Positions 37,559 through 46,212 of a DNA stretch of 64,000 bases are shown one piece after another. Where the stretch lies: NCBI GenBank assembly GCA_965203175.1, contig OZ241867.1, positions 2,912,001 to 2,976,000 on the forward strand, given 5' to 3'. A program made the position numbers and the translations under genes. Source of the stretch: Candidatus Latescibacterota bacterium. Lineage in GTDB: Bacteria > Latescibacterota > UBA2968 > UBA8231. Numbering within the stretch: position 1 is the first letter of the stretch; each line of letters starts with the position of its first letter. Under the pieces are notes generated by a model, which saw only the letters and a program-made list of their open reading frames with translations, searched no databases and was not told the origin of the DNA.

Positions 37559-38770
37559 TTAGGCCGCTGTACCGTCTTCTGAGGACTGGGCCTTTTCCGG
37601 CGCGGAAAGGCTTGCATCTACGATTGATGCCAAGGAAGAGAAGAGAAGGGTCGAAACGAGAATGTCCAAGAGCACAGCCTGCGCCAACAGACCCTGGCCC
37701 CCTACGTGGGGGGCCAGCCCATGCGGGCTGCAGAACAACTCAAATAGCAACGCGCCGCGCGGCAGGAGCCGCCAGCCAATGCGCCGACCCGGATGGGGTC
37801 CGGGCAGCGGGTAGTACGCCATGGGGGCTAACCCCCGCAAAAGCAGCGGTACGGCCACCAGGACGAGCGCGACTTCGTACAACCCGGTTGCGGGCGGCCA
37901 CAGCGCGCCGAGATTGAGCGCGGTCCCCACGAGCGCGAAAAAGAGCATGAAGGCCACTGGCGCACCCCGGTGCAGCAGCAACCGCACGCGACGGCTTTGC
38001 TGCTTGTCCTGCACGAGGCCCGCCACCAGCCCGCAGGGCAGCGCCATCAGTCCGAGGAACTCCAGTGCGAGAGCCGCGAAAAAAAAAGCTCCCACTAGGC
38101 TGGAGACTACGGTCGTGCTCGGGGTAGCGAATCGACCTAAAAGGCGCAGTCCCAATCCCAGTCCACCGCCGGCCACGAGCGACAAGCCGACGCGCCCGAC
38201 CCATCCCGTGGCCCCGGTTTCCATCAGGACCAGTGCGCCTCCCAAGGCCCCGAGGGCGCAGCCGGTTCCCAGCACGGCCAGTAGCAGCGCAGTGCGCCGG
38301 CCAAATTCCGGCACGCCGGTGAAGGGACCCCACAAGCTGGCCAATGCTCCGAGGAGTACGGCTTGCTTCCAAGGCAACCCGAGCAATGCAGTGGCCGCCG
38401 TCACGGCTGCAAATACCAGCGCGGTCGCCGCCGCTGCCAACCCAAGCATGCGCCAAGCGTGCGTTGGCCATACGACGTGTAGCCCCACTTGAAACCCGAC
38501 CCCGAGGCCCACCGTGAGAAAGAGCACTTGATGCAGGGAGAACGCGCCTAGATCGACGAGCTGTAAACCTCCAGTGCCCAACAACATCCCGGCTCCGATC
38601 CACCCCACCAGCGTCGGCAGGCGAATCGCCTGCGCTAGCTGGCCTCCAGCCGCGGCCAACAGGGCTAGGGCACCCAGCATCCACGCGGCGTCAAAGGGAC
38701 TGGATCGATCCTGCAGCGGCCCGTAGTAGATCAAGAGCAGGACAAAGGCAGCTACTACTATCGTTTTCAT
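37559..38770 (-). CDS. Multi-pass membrane protein, divergent cation:proton antiporter-like
   Basis: RLPTLVGWIGAGMLLG, LFFALVG, LLPRG; 10 or more TMs. Confidence 0.55.
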   Translation of the reverse strand: MKTIVVAAFVLLLIYYGPLQDRSSPFDAAWMLGALALLAAAGGQLAQAIRLPTLVGWIGAGMLLGTGGLQLVDLGAFSLHQVLFLTVGLGVGFQVGLHVVWPTHAWRMLGLAAAATALVFAAVTAATALLGLPWKQAVLLGALASLWGPFTGVPEFGRRTALLLAVLGTGCALGALGGALVLMETGATGWVGRVGLSLVAGGGLGLGLRLLGRFATPSTTVVSSLVGAFFFAALALEFLGLMALPCGLVAGLVQDKQQSRRVRLLLHRGAPVAFMLFFALVGTALNLGALWPPATGLYEVALVLVAVPLLLRGLAPMAYYPLPGPHPGRRIGWRLLPRGALLFELFCSPHGLAPHVGGQGLLAQAVLLDILVSTLLFSSLASIVDASLSAPEKAQSSEDGTAA

Positions 38771-38803
38771 GGCGAGAGGCGGTCCCGCCCGCAATCGGCT
38801 GGC

Positions 38804-41338
38804 TTAGTCGGTCTCTTTGGCGGCGGCCCGCTGGTGGCCTAGGTAAAGCACCGGACTGGCGACGAATACAGACGAATAAGTGCCGACCACGACGCCGATC
38901 ATCAAGGTGATGGTGAAGTCGCGGTTGACTTCGCCGCCAAAGATCATCAGCACCAGCACCGCCATGAGGGTCGTCGCCGAGGTGATCAGCGTGCGGCTCA
39001 GACACTCGTTGATGCTCTGGTTGACTGTGCCGTCAAAGCCCTGCCGCCGGGCTGTGTGTAAGTTCTCGCGGATGCGGTCGAAGACCACGATCGTGTCGTT
39101 GAGTGAATAGCCCACAATGGCCAGCAGCGCGGCGACCACCGCGAGGGTAATCTCAATGTTGAAGAGCGAAAGCAACCCGAGGGTGATGAGCACGTCGTGG
39201 AAAAGCGCGACGACCGCGGCGATCCCATAGAGGAAGCGGTGGAAGCGCCAAGCCATGTAGATCAGAATCAGCGCCAGTGCCACCAACACCGCGCGCACGG
39301 CCGCGTTGCTCAGTTCGCTGCCGATTTTGGGGCCGACCTTTTCTTGGCGCCGAATCCACTCCATTTCTTCAATACTGGAGGCAAATCCGGCCTTGAGAAC
39401 CCCCATAATGCCGTCGGCGACCTCGGTACCTGTCCCGCTTTCGCTGACGCGGATGAGAATGTCGTTTTCCGAGCCGAACTGCTTGATCTCGCTCTTGCTC
39501 AGGTCAACCTCGGCATCGCCCACGGGAACGCGGCCGAGCTGGCCGCGGATATCCTCGACTTGTACGGCTGGATCGAAGTGCAACTCCAGCAAGGTGCCGC
39601 CGGCGAAGTCAATGCCCTTGCGGATGCCATTGGTGCCCAAATTGGTGCCCAAAATGGAGACGATGCCGATGAGCAGCACGGCCGCCGAGGTGCCGAAACC
39701 AATGTTGCGCAGGGAGAGGAAGCGGATGTTCAAATTGGAGAACAGTCCAACGGGCCCGATGCTCAAGGTCGATTGCTCCGATTTCCTGGTAATCAAGTCG
39801 AAAATCGTGCGGGTTACAAAGAAGGCCGTAAAGAGGCTGGAGATGATGCCGATGCACAAGGTCAAAGCAAAGCCGCGGATCGGCCCGGTGCCGAACTGAT
39901 AGAGCACGATGCCGACTAAGAATGTGGTCACATTGGCGTCGATGATGGCCGAGAGCGCATGGCCGTAGCCGGAATCTATGGCCGCGCGCACGGTCTTGCC
40001 CGAGCGCAGTTCTTCGCGAATGCGCTCGAAGATCAGCACATTGGCGTCAACGGCCATGCCGATGGTCAGGATGATGCCAGCGATACCGGGCAAGGTCAGC
40101 GTGGCGTGAAAACCGGCCAGTACCGCCATGATGAAGAGCATGTTGAGCAGGAGGGCGCAGTCGGCGATCAACCCGGCAGCGCGGTAGTAGAGGACCATGA
40201 AGATCACGACCAATATCATGCTATAGATCGCTGCGGTTTTGCCTTGCTCGATGGAGTCGCGCCCGAGCGAGGGGCCAACCGTGCGGTCTTCGATGATTTC
40301 GACCTCGGCCGGTAGCGCGCCGGCCCGCAGCACAATGGAGAGGTCTTTGGCTTCTTCTTGGGTGCCGCTACCGGTGATGATGCCGCGCCCCTCGCTGATT
40401 TTACTTTGGATGACTGGGGCCGAGTACACGGATTCGTCGAGGACGATGGCCATGCGCTCGCCGATGTGCGAACCCGTGATGCGGCTGAAGAGCCGCACTC
40501 CTTCGTCGGTGGTCGAGAAATTGACGATGGGCTGGCCCATGTACTCGACGACTTGGCCGATGGAGACAAAGGCGTCCTGAATCATGTGCCCGGTCATCTC
40601 CGGTTTCTTGCGCACCAAGTAGAGGAAGTAGAACTCATTGCCCTCGGCTCCGGCGGGCTTGCTCGAAAAGAGGAATTCTACATCTGCGGGGATGAGCTCT
40701 TGGGCCTCTGGAGCGTTGAGCAAGTTTTTGACGCGCTGCAAGTCTCGGCCCGAGACCGTGAGGTCTTCACCGGCGAGGCTGAGCAGGGAGGATAGGGGGG
40801 CGCTTTCTGGTGTGGAGGAAAGGAGGAGGTCTTCTTCTTCCTCTTCTTCCTCCTCTTGCGGGGCCAGCACTTGGTCGATGCGCTGGATTAGGCGAGTGCG
40901 ATCCTCAGAAGGTTCGAGGAGTTGGAATTCGAGAAGCGCGGTCTGGCCCACTAGGTCTTTGGCGCGCTGCACGTCTTGGACGCCGGGCAATTCGATGATG
41001 ATGCGGTTGTCGCCTTGGCGCTGAATGGTCGGCTCGGCTACCCCGAACTGATCGACGCGATTGCGGATGACTTCCTGGGCTTGGGCGACCGCATCTTGGG
41101 CTTCCTGCTGTTCCATCCCCTCGGTCTTGACCTCTAGGACGAGGTGGATACCGCCCTGCAAGTCCAGTCCCAAGTTGAGCGAGCGCTTTTTCAGATCGAC
41201 GAGTTGCTCGGGGGACTTTAGTTCCATGACTTCTCGCTCGTCGTCCGTCATGCTGTAAAAATCCACGCTTGGCAGCAGGTAGTACACTGCGGCGGCGATT
41301 AGTGCCACGATCAGCACGAGTTTCCGGTTGCGTTTCAT
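38804..41338 (-). CDS. secDF: Fused SecD/SecF protein translocase subunit
   Basis: LGLDLQGG, GMAVDANVLIFERIREE, GIDFAGG, GYSLNDTIVVFDRIRE. Confidence 0.95.
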   Translation of the reverse strand: MKRNRKLVLIVALIAAAVYYLLPSVDFYSMTDDEREVMELKSPEQLVDLKKRSLNLGLDLQGGIHLVLEVKTEGMEQQEAQDAVAQAQEVIRNRVDQFGVAEPTIQRQGDNRIIIELPGVQDVQRAKDLVGQTALLEFQLLEPSEDRTRLIQRIDQVLAPQEEEEEEEEDLLLSSTPESAPLSSLLSLAGEDLTVSGRDLQRVKNLLNAPEAQELIPADVEFLFSSKPAGAEGNEFYFLYLVRKKPEMTGHMIQDAFVSIGQVVEYMGQPIVNFSTTDEGVRLFSRITGSHIGERMAIVLDESVYSAPVIQSKISEGRGIITGSGTQEEAKDLSIVLRAGALPAEVEIIEDRTVGPSLGRDSIEQGKTAAIYSMILVVIFMVLYYRAAGLIADCALLLNMLFIMAVLAGFHATLTLPGIAGIILTIGMAVDANVLIFERIREELRSGKTVRAAIDSGYGHALSAIIDANVTTFLVGIVLYQFGTGPIRGFALTLCIGIISSLFTAFFVTRTIFDLITRKSEQSTLSIGPVGLFSNLNIRFLSLRNIGFGTSAAVLLIGIVSILGTNLGTNGIRKGIDFAGGTLLELHFDPAVQVEDIRGQLGRVPVGDAEVDLSKSEIKQFGSENDILIRVSESGTGTEVADGIMGVLKAGFASSIEEMEWIRRQEKVGPKIGSELSNAAVRAVLVALALILIYMAWRFHRFLYGIAAVVALFHDVLITLGLLSLFNIEITLAVVAALLAIVGYSLNDTIVVFDRIRENLHTARRQGFDGTVNQSINECLSRTLITSATTLMAVLVLMIFGGEVNRDFTITLMIGVVVGTYSSVFVASPVLYLGHQRAAAKETD

Positions 41339-41356
41339 AAATTTGTCTTTACTCCA

Positions 41357-42394
41357 CTATTGCCGAGCGCAGCCCGGCGAAGGTTTGCTGCTATTGCAAA
41401 AGCGAAAGCGGTCGCGCATCCCAGTTGACGCCCGGTGCATGAGCTGCCCGTCTCGCGCAAAAAAAATGAAGCCCTCGACGTCCGGTAGGCCCTCGACGAG
41501 CGCGAGTCCTTGCTCAGGCCCTAAGACGAAGACCGCGGTTGACAGGATATCGGCGTCCAGGGCGGTAGCAGCCCACACAGTAGCGCTTATGCACGCCCGC
41601 GCTGGATAGCCAGTCTTGGGGTCGAGCAGATGGTGATAGCGCTCGTCCTCCCAATCAAAGTACTGCTCGTAGTCGCCGGAGGTCGCGATCGCCGCGAGTC
41701 CGAGGTCCTCTACTGCTATGTATTGCTCTGGGGCGCGCGGGTGCTGGACCCCAAAGAGCCAAGGCCGACCGTCCGGCTTTTCACCCCAATAGCGAATGTC
41801 GCCGCCGGCCTCGATCACTCCGGCCTCCACCCCTAACTCCTGCATGGCCGCTACGGCTTGGTCAACCGCGTAGCCTTTGGCCGCTGCTCCCAGGTCCAAC
41901 CGCAGTCCCGGCCTGTTGATCCGAAACGACTGGGCGGCAACTTCCAACCCTTCGTAACCCACCAGCGTCAGTGCTGAATCGATCTGCGCCGGGGCAGGCG
42001 GTGCTACCGCATCGGAGAAGTTCCAAAGGCTCGTCAATGCCCCCACCGTGCAGTCAAAAGCTCCGTCGGTCAACGCGGCGAAATGCTGGCTGCGCGTCAA
42101 GACCGCAATCAACCCGGCTGGGCCACGCGTCGGAGCGAACTGCGCCTGCTGTTCTAGTCGCCGCAGTACACCGTCCTCGCGGTAGTGGCTCATTGACGAA
42201 TCGACGCGGGCGATCTCTGCGTACGCCGCCTCTATGTGCGGGCGAACCACTGCTCCGTCTCCGTAGAGTTTGACCGTGACGAGGGTTCCCAACAAGAGGC
42301 GGTCTGCGCGCACCGGCGCGGCAGGCCGAGGCGACGGCAGAAAGTACAGGACCACGGCCAAACCGCCTACGGCCAGCAGACTGCGCTTGAGCAT
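41357..42394 (-). CDS. apbE: FAD:protein FMN transferase
   Basis: DLGAAAKGY, GGD, ATSGDYEQ, HHLLDPKTG, ADILST. Confidence 0.92.
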   Translation of the reverse strand: MLKRSLLAVGGLAVVLYFLPSPRPAAPVRADRLLLGTLVTVKLYGDGAVVRPHIEAAYAEIARVDSSMSHYREDGVLRRLEQQAQFAPTRGPAGLIAVLTRSQHFAALTDGAFDCTVGALTSLWNFSDAVAPPAPAQIDSALTLVGYEGLEVAAQSFRINRPGLRLDLGAAAKGYAVDQAVAAMQELGVEAGVIEAGGDIRYWGEKPDGRPWLFGVQHPRAPEQYIAVEDLGLAAIATSGDYEQYFDWEDERYHHLLDPKTGYPARACISATVWAATALDADILSTAVFVLGPEQGLALVEGLPDVEGFIFFARDGQLMHRASTGMRDRFRFCNSSKPSPGCARQ

Positions 42395-42406
42395 GGGCCG
42401 GTCGCG

Positions 42407-43396
42407 TCAATTGTTGCGTTCGACGACGAGCTGCACGGCTCGTTCTAGTGCTGTACGGGCCGGGGAAGGAGCCAGCACTTCTAAGCACTTCTGAGCGTGG
42501 GCAGCGTATTCGTGTGCGGTCTCGACGGCAGCGGCGACTCCTTGGTGCTTGTCGACAAAGGCCACGATCTGCCCCCATTCGGCTTCGTCCTTGTCCGGCC
42601 GGGCCAAAAGGGCTTCCATTTCGGCCCGTGCTCCTGAAGGGGCTCGCTGTAAGGCACGTATCAGTGGCAGAGTGATCTTGCCTTCGCGCAGGTCGTGCCC
42701 GACGGGCTTGCCCATGGTCGCCTGATCGCTGGTGAGATCAAGGACGTCGTCGGCAACTTGAAAGGCGCGGCCGAGCGACTCTCCGTAGCGCCCCATGGAT
42801 TGCACGATCTCGTCCGATGCGCCGGCGAGAATTGCGCCAATCCGCGCTGCGGCCGAGATCAGGGAGGCCGTCTTGTCGCTGACCATGGCAAAGTACGACT
42901 CCTCGCGCGTATCGCACTGAGTGCCGATCTGGATTTCAAATATCTCGCCCATGCTCAGCCGCTCGGTGGCGTGCGCGACTGCGCTCAGGACCTGCAGATT
43001 GCCGGTTCCGATTAGCAGGCGCAGTGCGCGCGCGAGGAGAAAGTCGCCCATGAGTACTGCAATCTGCCCGGTCCAGCGCTCGTTGACCGTCTCTCGGCCC
43101 CGGCGCACGGTCGCTGAATCCACTACGTCGTCGTGGGCCATGGTGGCGGCGTGAATCATTTCGACGGCCACGGCCGTGTCGATTAGCTGTTCGTTCCAGT
43201 CGCCAGACGCTTTGGCCACCAGCAAGATGAGGGCTGGCCGGAGGCGCTTGCCCTTGAGGGTGGCCATGTAGCGGGCAATGACGTGGACCAGCTCGACATC
43301 GGCGTTGAGCTCGGCGTTGAGCCGCTTTTCAAATCGGGCCAGTTCTTGATCGATCAGACCTATGCAGGGGTCCATGAGAAAGGCATCTGTCGGCAT
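42407..43396 (-). CDS. Polyprenyl diphosphate synthase (IspB/HepT-like)
   Basis: GKRLRP, HDDVVD...RRG, FQVADDVLD, GKITLP. Confidence 0.92.
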   Translation of the reverse strand: MPTDAFLMDPCIGLIDQELARFEKRLNAELNADVELVHVIARYMATLKGKRLRPALILLVAKASGDWNEQLIDTAVAVEMIHAATMAHDDVVDSATVRRGRETVNERWTGQIAVLMGDFLLARALRLLIGTGNLQVLSAVAHATERLSMGEIFEIQIGTQCDTREESYFAMVSDKTASLISAAARIGAILAGASDEIVQSMGRYGESLGRAFQVADDVLDLTSDQATMGKPVGHDLREGKITLPLIRALQRAPSGARAEMEALLARPDKDEAEWGQIVAFVDKHQGVAAAVETAHEYAAHAQKCLEVLAPSPARTALERAVQLVVERNN

Positions 43397-43424
43397 TAAA
43401 TCGCTACATAAATAGAAAATTTAG

Positions 43425-43453
43425 AAGCTAAGTATTGAAAATATGCCTGTCAA
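43425..43453 (-). promoter_or_regulatory. sigma70-type promoter for the ispB-apbE-secDF block
   Basis: Minus strand TTGACA-N17-TAGCTT. Confidence 0.55.
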
Positions 43454-43535
43454 TCTGTGTACGGGGTGCTGGCAATGGATTGATTGCGCTCTATGGCTTA
43501 TACTTGTCGCTCCATCGCAACAAGGGGAGGTCGCT

Positions 43536-44720
43536 ATGAAAATTACCCAGATTAAGACCTATTTGATGCAGTGCGCGCCCCCGCAGGCGAGCGGTTGGTC
43601 GGCGCGCAATTGGCTCTTCGTCAAGGTCGAGACCGACGCCGGCATCTACGGCGTGGGCGAGGCGTCGGGCTGGCCGCGCGTGGTCGAAACGGCCATCCAC
43701 GACCTGACGCCTTTGATGATCGGCGAAGATCCCTTCCACATCGAGCGGCTATGGGGCAAGATGCAGGTGGCGATGATGGGCCACGGCATGACCGGCATCG
43801 TCGGCTCTGGTGCCATGACCGGTATTGAGATGGCCCTGTGGGACATCAAGGGCAAGGCCCTCGGGCAGCCGGTGTGGAACCTCTTGGGTGGCAAGATGCG
43901 CGACCGGGTGCGGGTCTATGCCCACGCGCACGAGAAAGAGCGGGCACGCGCCTTGGTTGATCAAGGCTATACGGCGATCAAGACCGGAGGTATCAACAAC
44001 TGCGTCGAAACGGTTGCCGCCATCCGCAAGGAAGTCGGCGACGAGGTGGATCTCATGGTCGATGTCCACGGCCCGCCTTGGCTGACGACGCGCGACGCCA
44101 TTGCCTTGGGTCGCGCGCTTGAAGACTACGACCTGCTGTTTTACGAGGATCCAGTAGCTCCTGAAAACATCGATGCCCTCGCCCGGGTTGCCGAAGCAGT
44201 GGACATTCCCATTGCCGCGGGCGAACGCCACGCCACCATTTGGGGGGTAAAAGAGCTGATTGAGCGCGAAATCATCGATGTGGTACAGCCAGATACGGGC
44301 CGCGCTGGAGGCCTGGGGCAGATGAAGAAGATCGCCGCTATGGCCGAGGCTCACTACTGCACGGTAGCCCCGCACGACGGTTCGTTGGGGCCGGTGGCCG
44401 AAATGGCGGCCGTACACCTGATGGCTACACTACCCAATTTTCTGATCTTGGAGCACCTAGCCGACGATGTGCCGCAGCGCTACGAGGTGATGACCGGCCA
44501 GCCCGAAGTGGTCGATAGTCATATCGCGGTGCCGGATGCGCCCGGACTCGGCGTGGACCTCGTCGAGGAGGCGATTGCCCAATACCCGTCGCAGGGCAAC
44601 ATCGCCGCTCCGGACGCGAGCTATGACTATCAATACATCCAAGCGCGAATTGGGCGGGCACTATGGCTCAGCGAACGGGAAATGCCGCCGCCGGACTATC
44701 GTCCAGGCGAGATATACTAG
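43536..44720 (+). CDS. Mandelate racemase/muconate lactonizing enzyme family (DgoD-like dehydratase)
   Basis: ALWDIKGK, VDVH, YEDP, AGER, APH, PGLGVD; RBS GGAGG. Confidence 0.9.
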   Translation: MKITQIKTYLMQCAPPQASGWSARNWLFVKVETDAGIYGVGEASGWPRVVETAIHDLTPLMIGEDPFHIERLWGKMQVAMMGHGMTGIVGSGAMTGIEMALWDIKGKALGQPVWNLLGGKMRDRVRVYAHAHEKERARALVDQGYTAIKTGGINNCVETVAAIRKEVGDEVDLMVDVHGPPWLTTRDAIALGRALEDYDLLFYEDPVAPENIDALARVAEAVDIPIAAGERHATIWGVKELIEREIIDVVQPDTGRAGGLGQMKKIAAMAEAHYCTVAPHDGSLGPVAEMAAVHLMATLPNFLILEHLADDVPQRYEVMTGQPEVVDSHIAVPDAPGLGVDLVEEAIAQYPSQGNIAAPDASYDYQYIQARIGRALWLSEREMPPPDYRPGEIY

Positions 44721-45832
44721 GCGTACAGCTTGCCTGGGTTGAAAATGCCTCGTGGGTCGAGGGAGCGCTTGAGCATCTGGTTCATGCGCGCTGCGCCGGC
44801 GCTGAGCGGGGTAAAGGCCTTTTCGTTGTGCTCGTCGGCTGCAAAGCGCCAGCCAAGGGCTTGGTGGCGCGCTGCGATGCGATGCAAGCGCGAAGCTTGG
44901 GCGGCTACGGGCAACAGCGCCCACAGCAAGCCGCCGGCCCAGTCCAGTCCCCAGCGGCTCAGGCCTTCGGCCTCTAGCGTTTCCATTAGCGGCACCATCT
45001 TGGTCGGCGGTCCAGAAAAGCGCCAGCGCTGTTGGCCCTCGGCCGGAATCAGCCATTCGAGTTCGCGCCAGCGCCGCCAGAAGGCTTGCGATTTGGCCTC
45101 TTCCACGACCTCTGACTCTGCTGATTCTTCTCCGCGCAGCGTTGCTAGTTGCGCCCGCACGGCTGATGCCGGGCCTTCGACGCGGGCGGCTAACCGGTCG
45201 GCGTCGCAGACTAGGCCTGTGATCTGGAGGGGCCGCGCCGCCCAGTTGAGAATCCGCTCCAGCGCTGCTGCGGGCGTCAGTCCGTGTATGAACAGAGTCG
45301 CTTGGGTTTCGGGGCGCGGCCAGACCTTGAGGCAGACTTCGGTAAGCACCCCCAGCGTTCCGAAGGAGCCGGCCAGCACCTTGGACAGATCGTAGCCCGT
45401 GACGTTTTTGACGACTTTGCCGCCGGTGCGAATTCGCTCGCCGCAGCCGTCGATCAGTTCGGCACCGAGTAAGTGATCGCGCAGCGCACCCATCTTGAAG
45501 CGCCGCGGTCCCGAGAGATTGCAGGCTACAGTACCGCCAATGGTCGCGGCTGCACCCCAAGCGGGTGGTTCAAAAGCGAAGTACTGATTTTCGCTACGGC
45601 ACAGGGCTTTTATTTCGCTCAGCTTGGTGCCCGAGCGAGCGACTAGGACCAACTCGTTTGGTTCGTAGCTGACGACGCCGGTCAGAGCGGAGAGGTCCAG
45701 GGGGATTCCGTCGTGTTGGCGTCCGAGAAAGGACTTAGTGCGGCCAGCAAAAATTTTTAAGGCCGCGTTTTCGGCTAGGGCTTGGCGAACTCGCTCTTGG
45801 ATGGCATCGGATGCGTCGTCGCCGTGGTTCAT
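44717..45832 (-). CDS. glcE: Glycolate oxidase FAD-binding subunit (GlcE-like)
   Basis: ATIGGTVACNLSGPRR, GGKVVKNVTGYDLSK, DPRGIFNPGK. Confidence 0.85.
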   Translation of the reverse strand: MNHGDDASDAIQERVRQALAENAALKIFAGRTKSFLGRQHDGIPLDLSALTGVVSYEPNELVLVARSGTKLSEIKALCRSENQYFAFEPPAWGAAATIGGTVACNLSGPRRFKMGALRDHLLGAELIDGCGERIRTGGKVVKNVTGYDLSKVLAGSFGTLGVLTEVCLKVWPRPETQATLFIHGLTPAAALERILNWAARPLQITGLVCDADRLAARVEGPASAVRAQLATLRGEESAESEVVEEAKSQAFWRRWRELEWLIPAEGQQRWRFSGPPTKMVPLMETLEAEGLSRWGLDWAGGLLWALLPVAAQASRLHRIAARHQALGWRFAADEHNEKAFTPLSAGAARMNQMLKRSLDPRGIFNPGKLYA

Positions 45833-45864
45833 GTGCGCGGAGGGCGAGGGTGGTTTTTACCCGC

Positions 45865-46092
45865 TCAGACCTTGATCCCGTTTTCTTTCAGGAACTGATG
45901 GACGCCTTTTTTGTTTAAAATGCGTAGGGCACGGGCGGTCAGGCGTAGGGTGACGGTGCGGTTTTCCTCGGGAATGAAGATGCGCTTTTTGATGAGATTA
46001 GGCTGTTGGACGCGTTTGGTTTTGCGCTGCGAGTGACTGACGTTGTTGCCAACTAAGCCCTTGACTTTGGTCAGGCTGCATTGTCTGGCCAT
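45865..46092 (-). CDS. rpmB: 50S ribosomal protein L28
   Basis: GNNVSHSQRKTKRVQQPN. Confidence 0.96.
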   Translation of the reverse strand: MARQCSLTKVKGLVGNNVSHSQRKTKRVQQPNLIKKRIFIPEENRTVTLRLTARALRILNKKGVHQFLKENGIKV

Positions 46093-46118
46093 GAGTGTCT
46101 CCCTGTAAGAAACAGTAA

Positions 46119-46147
46119 AATGTAGCGGTGCTAAGCCGATAAGTCAA
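46119..46147 (-). promoter_or_regulatory. sigma70-type promoter of rpmB
   Basis: Minus strand TTGACT-N17-TACATT. Confidence 0.6.
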
Positions 46148-46212
46148 GGTGGGATGCCCTTGACAAAAGAGGGGCTTGGAATGACCTTAAAAGTGCCAAT
46201 CGCCATGATCAA

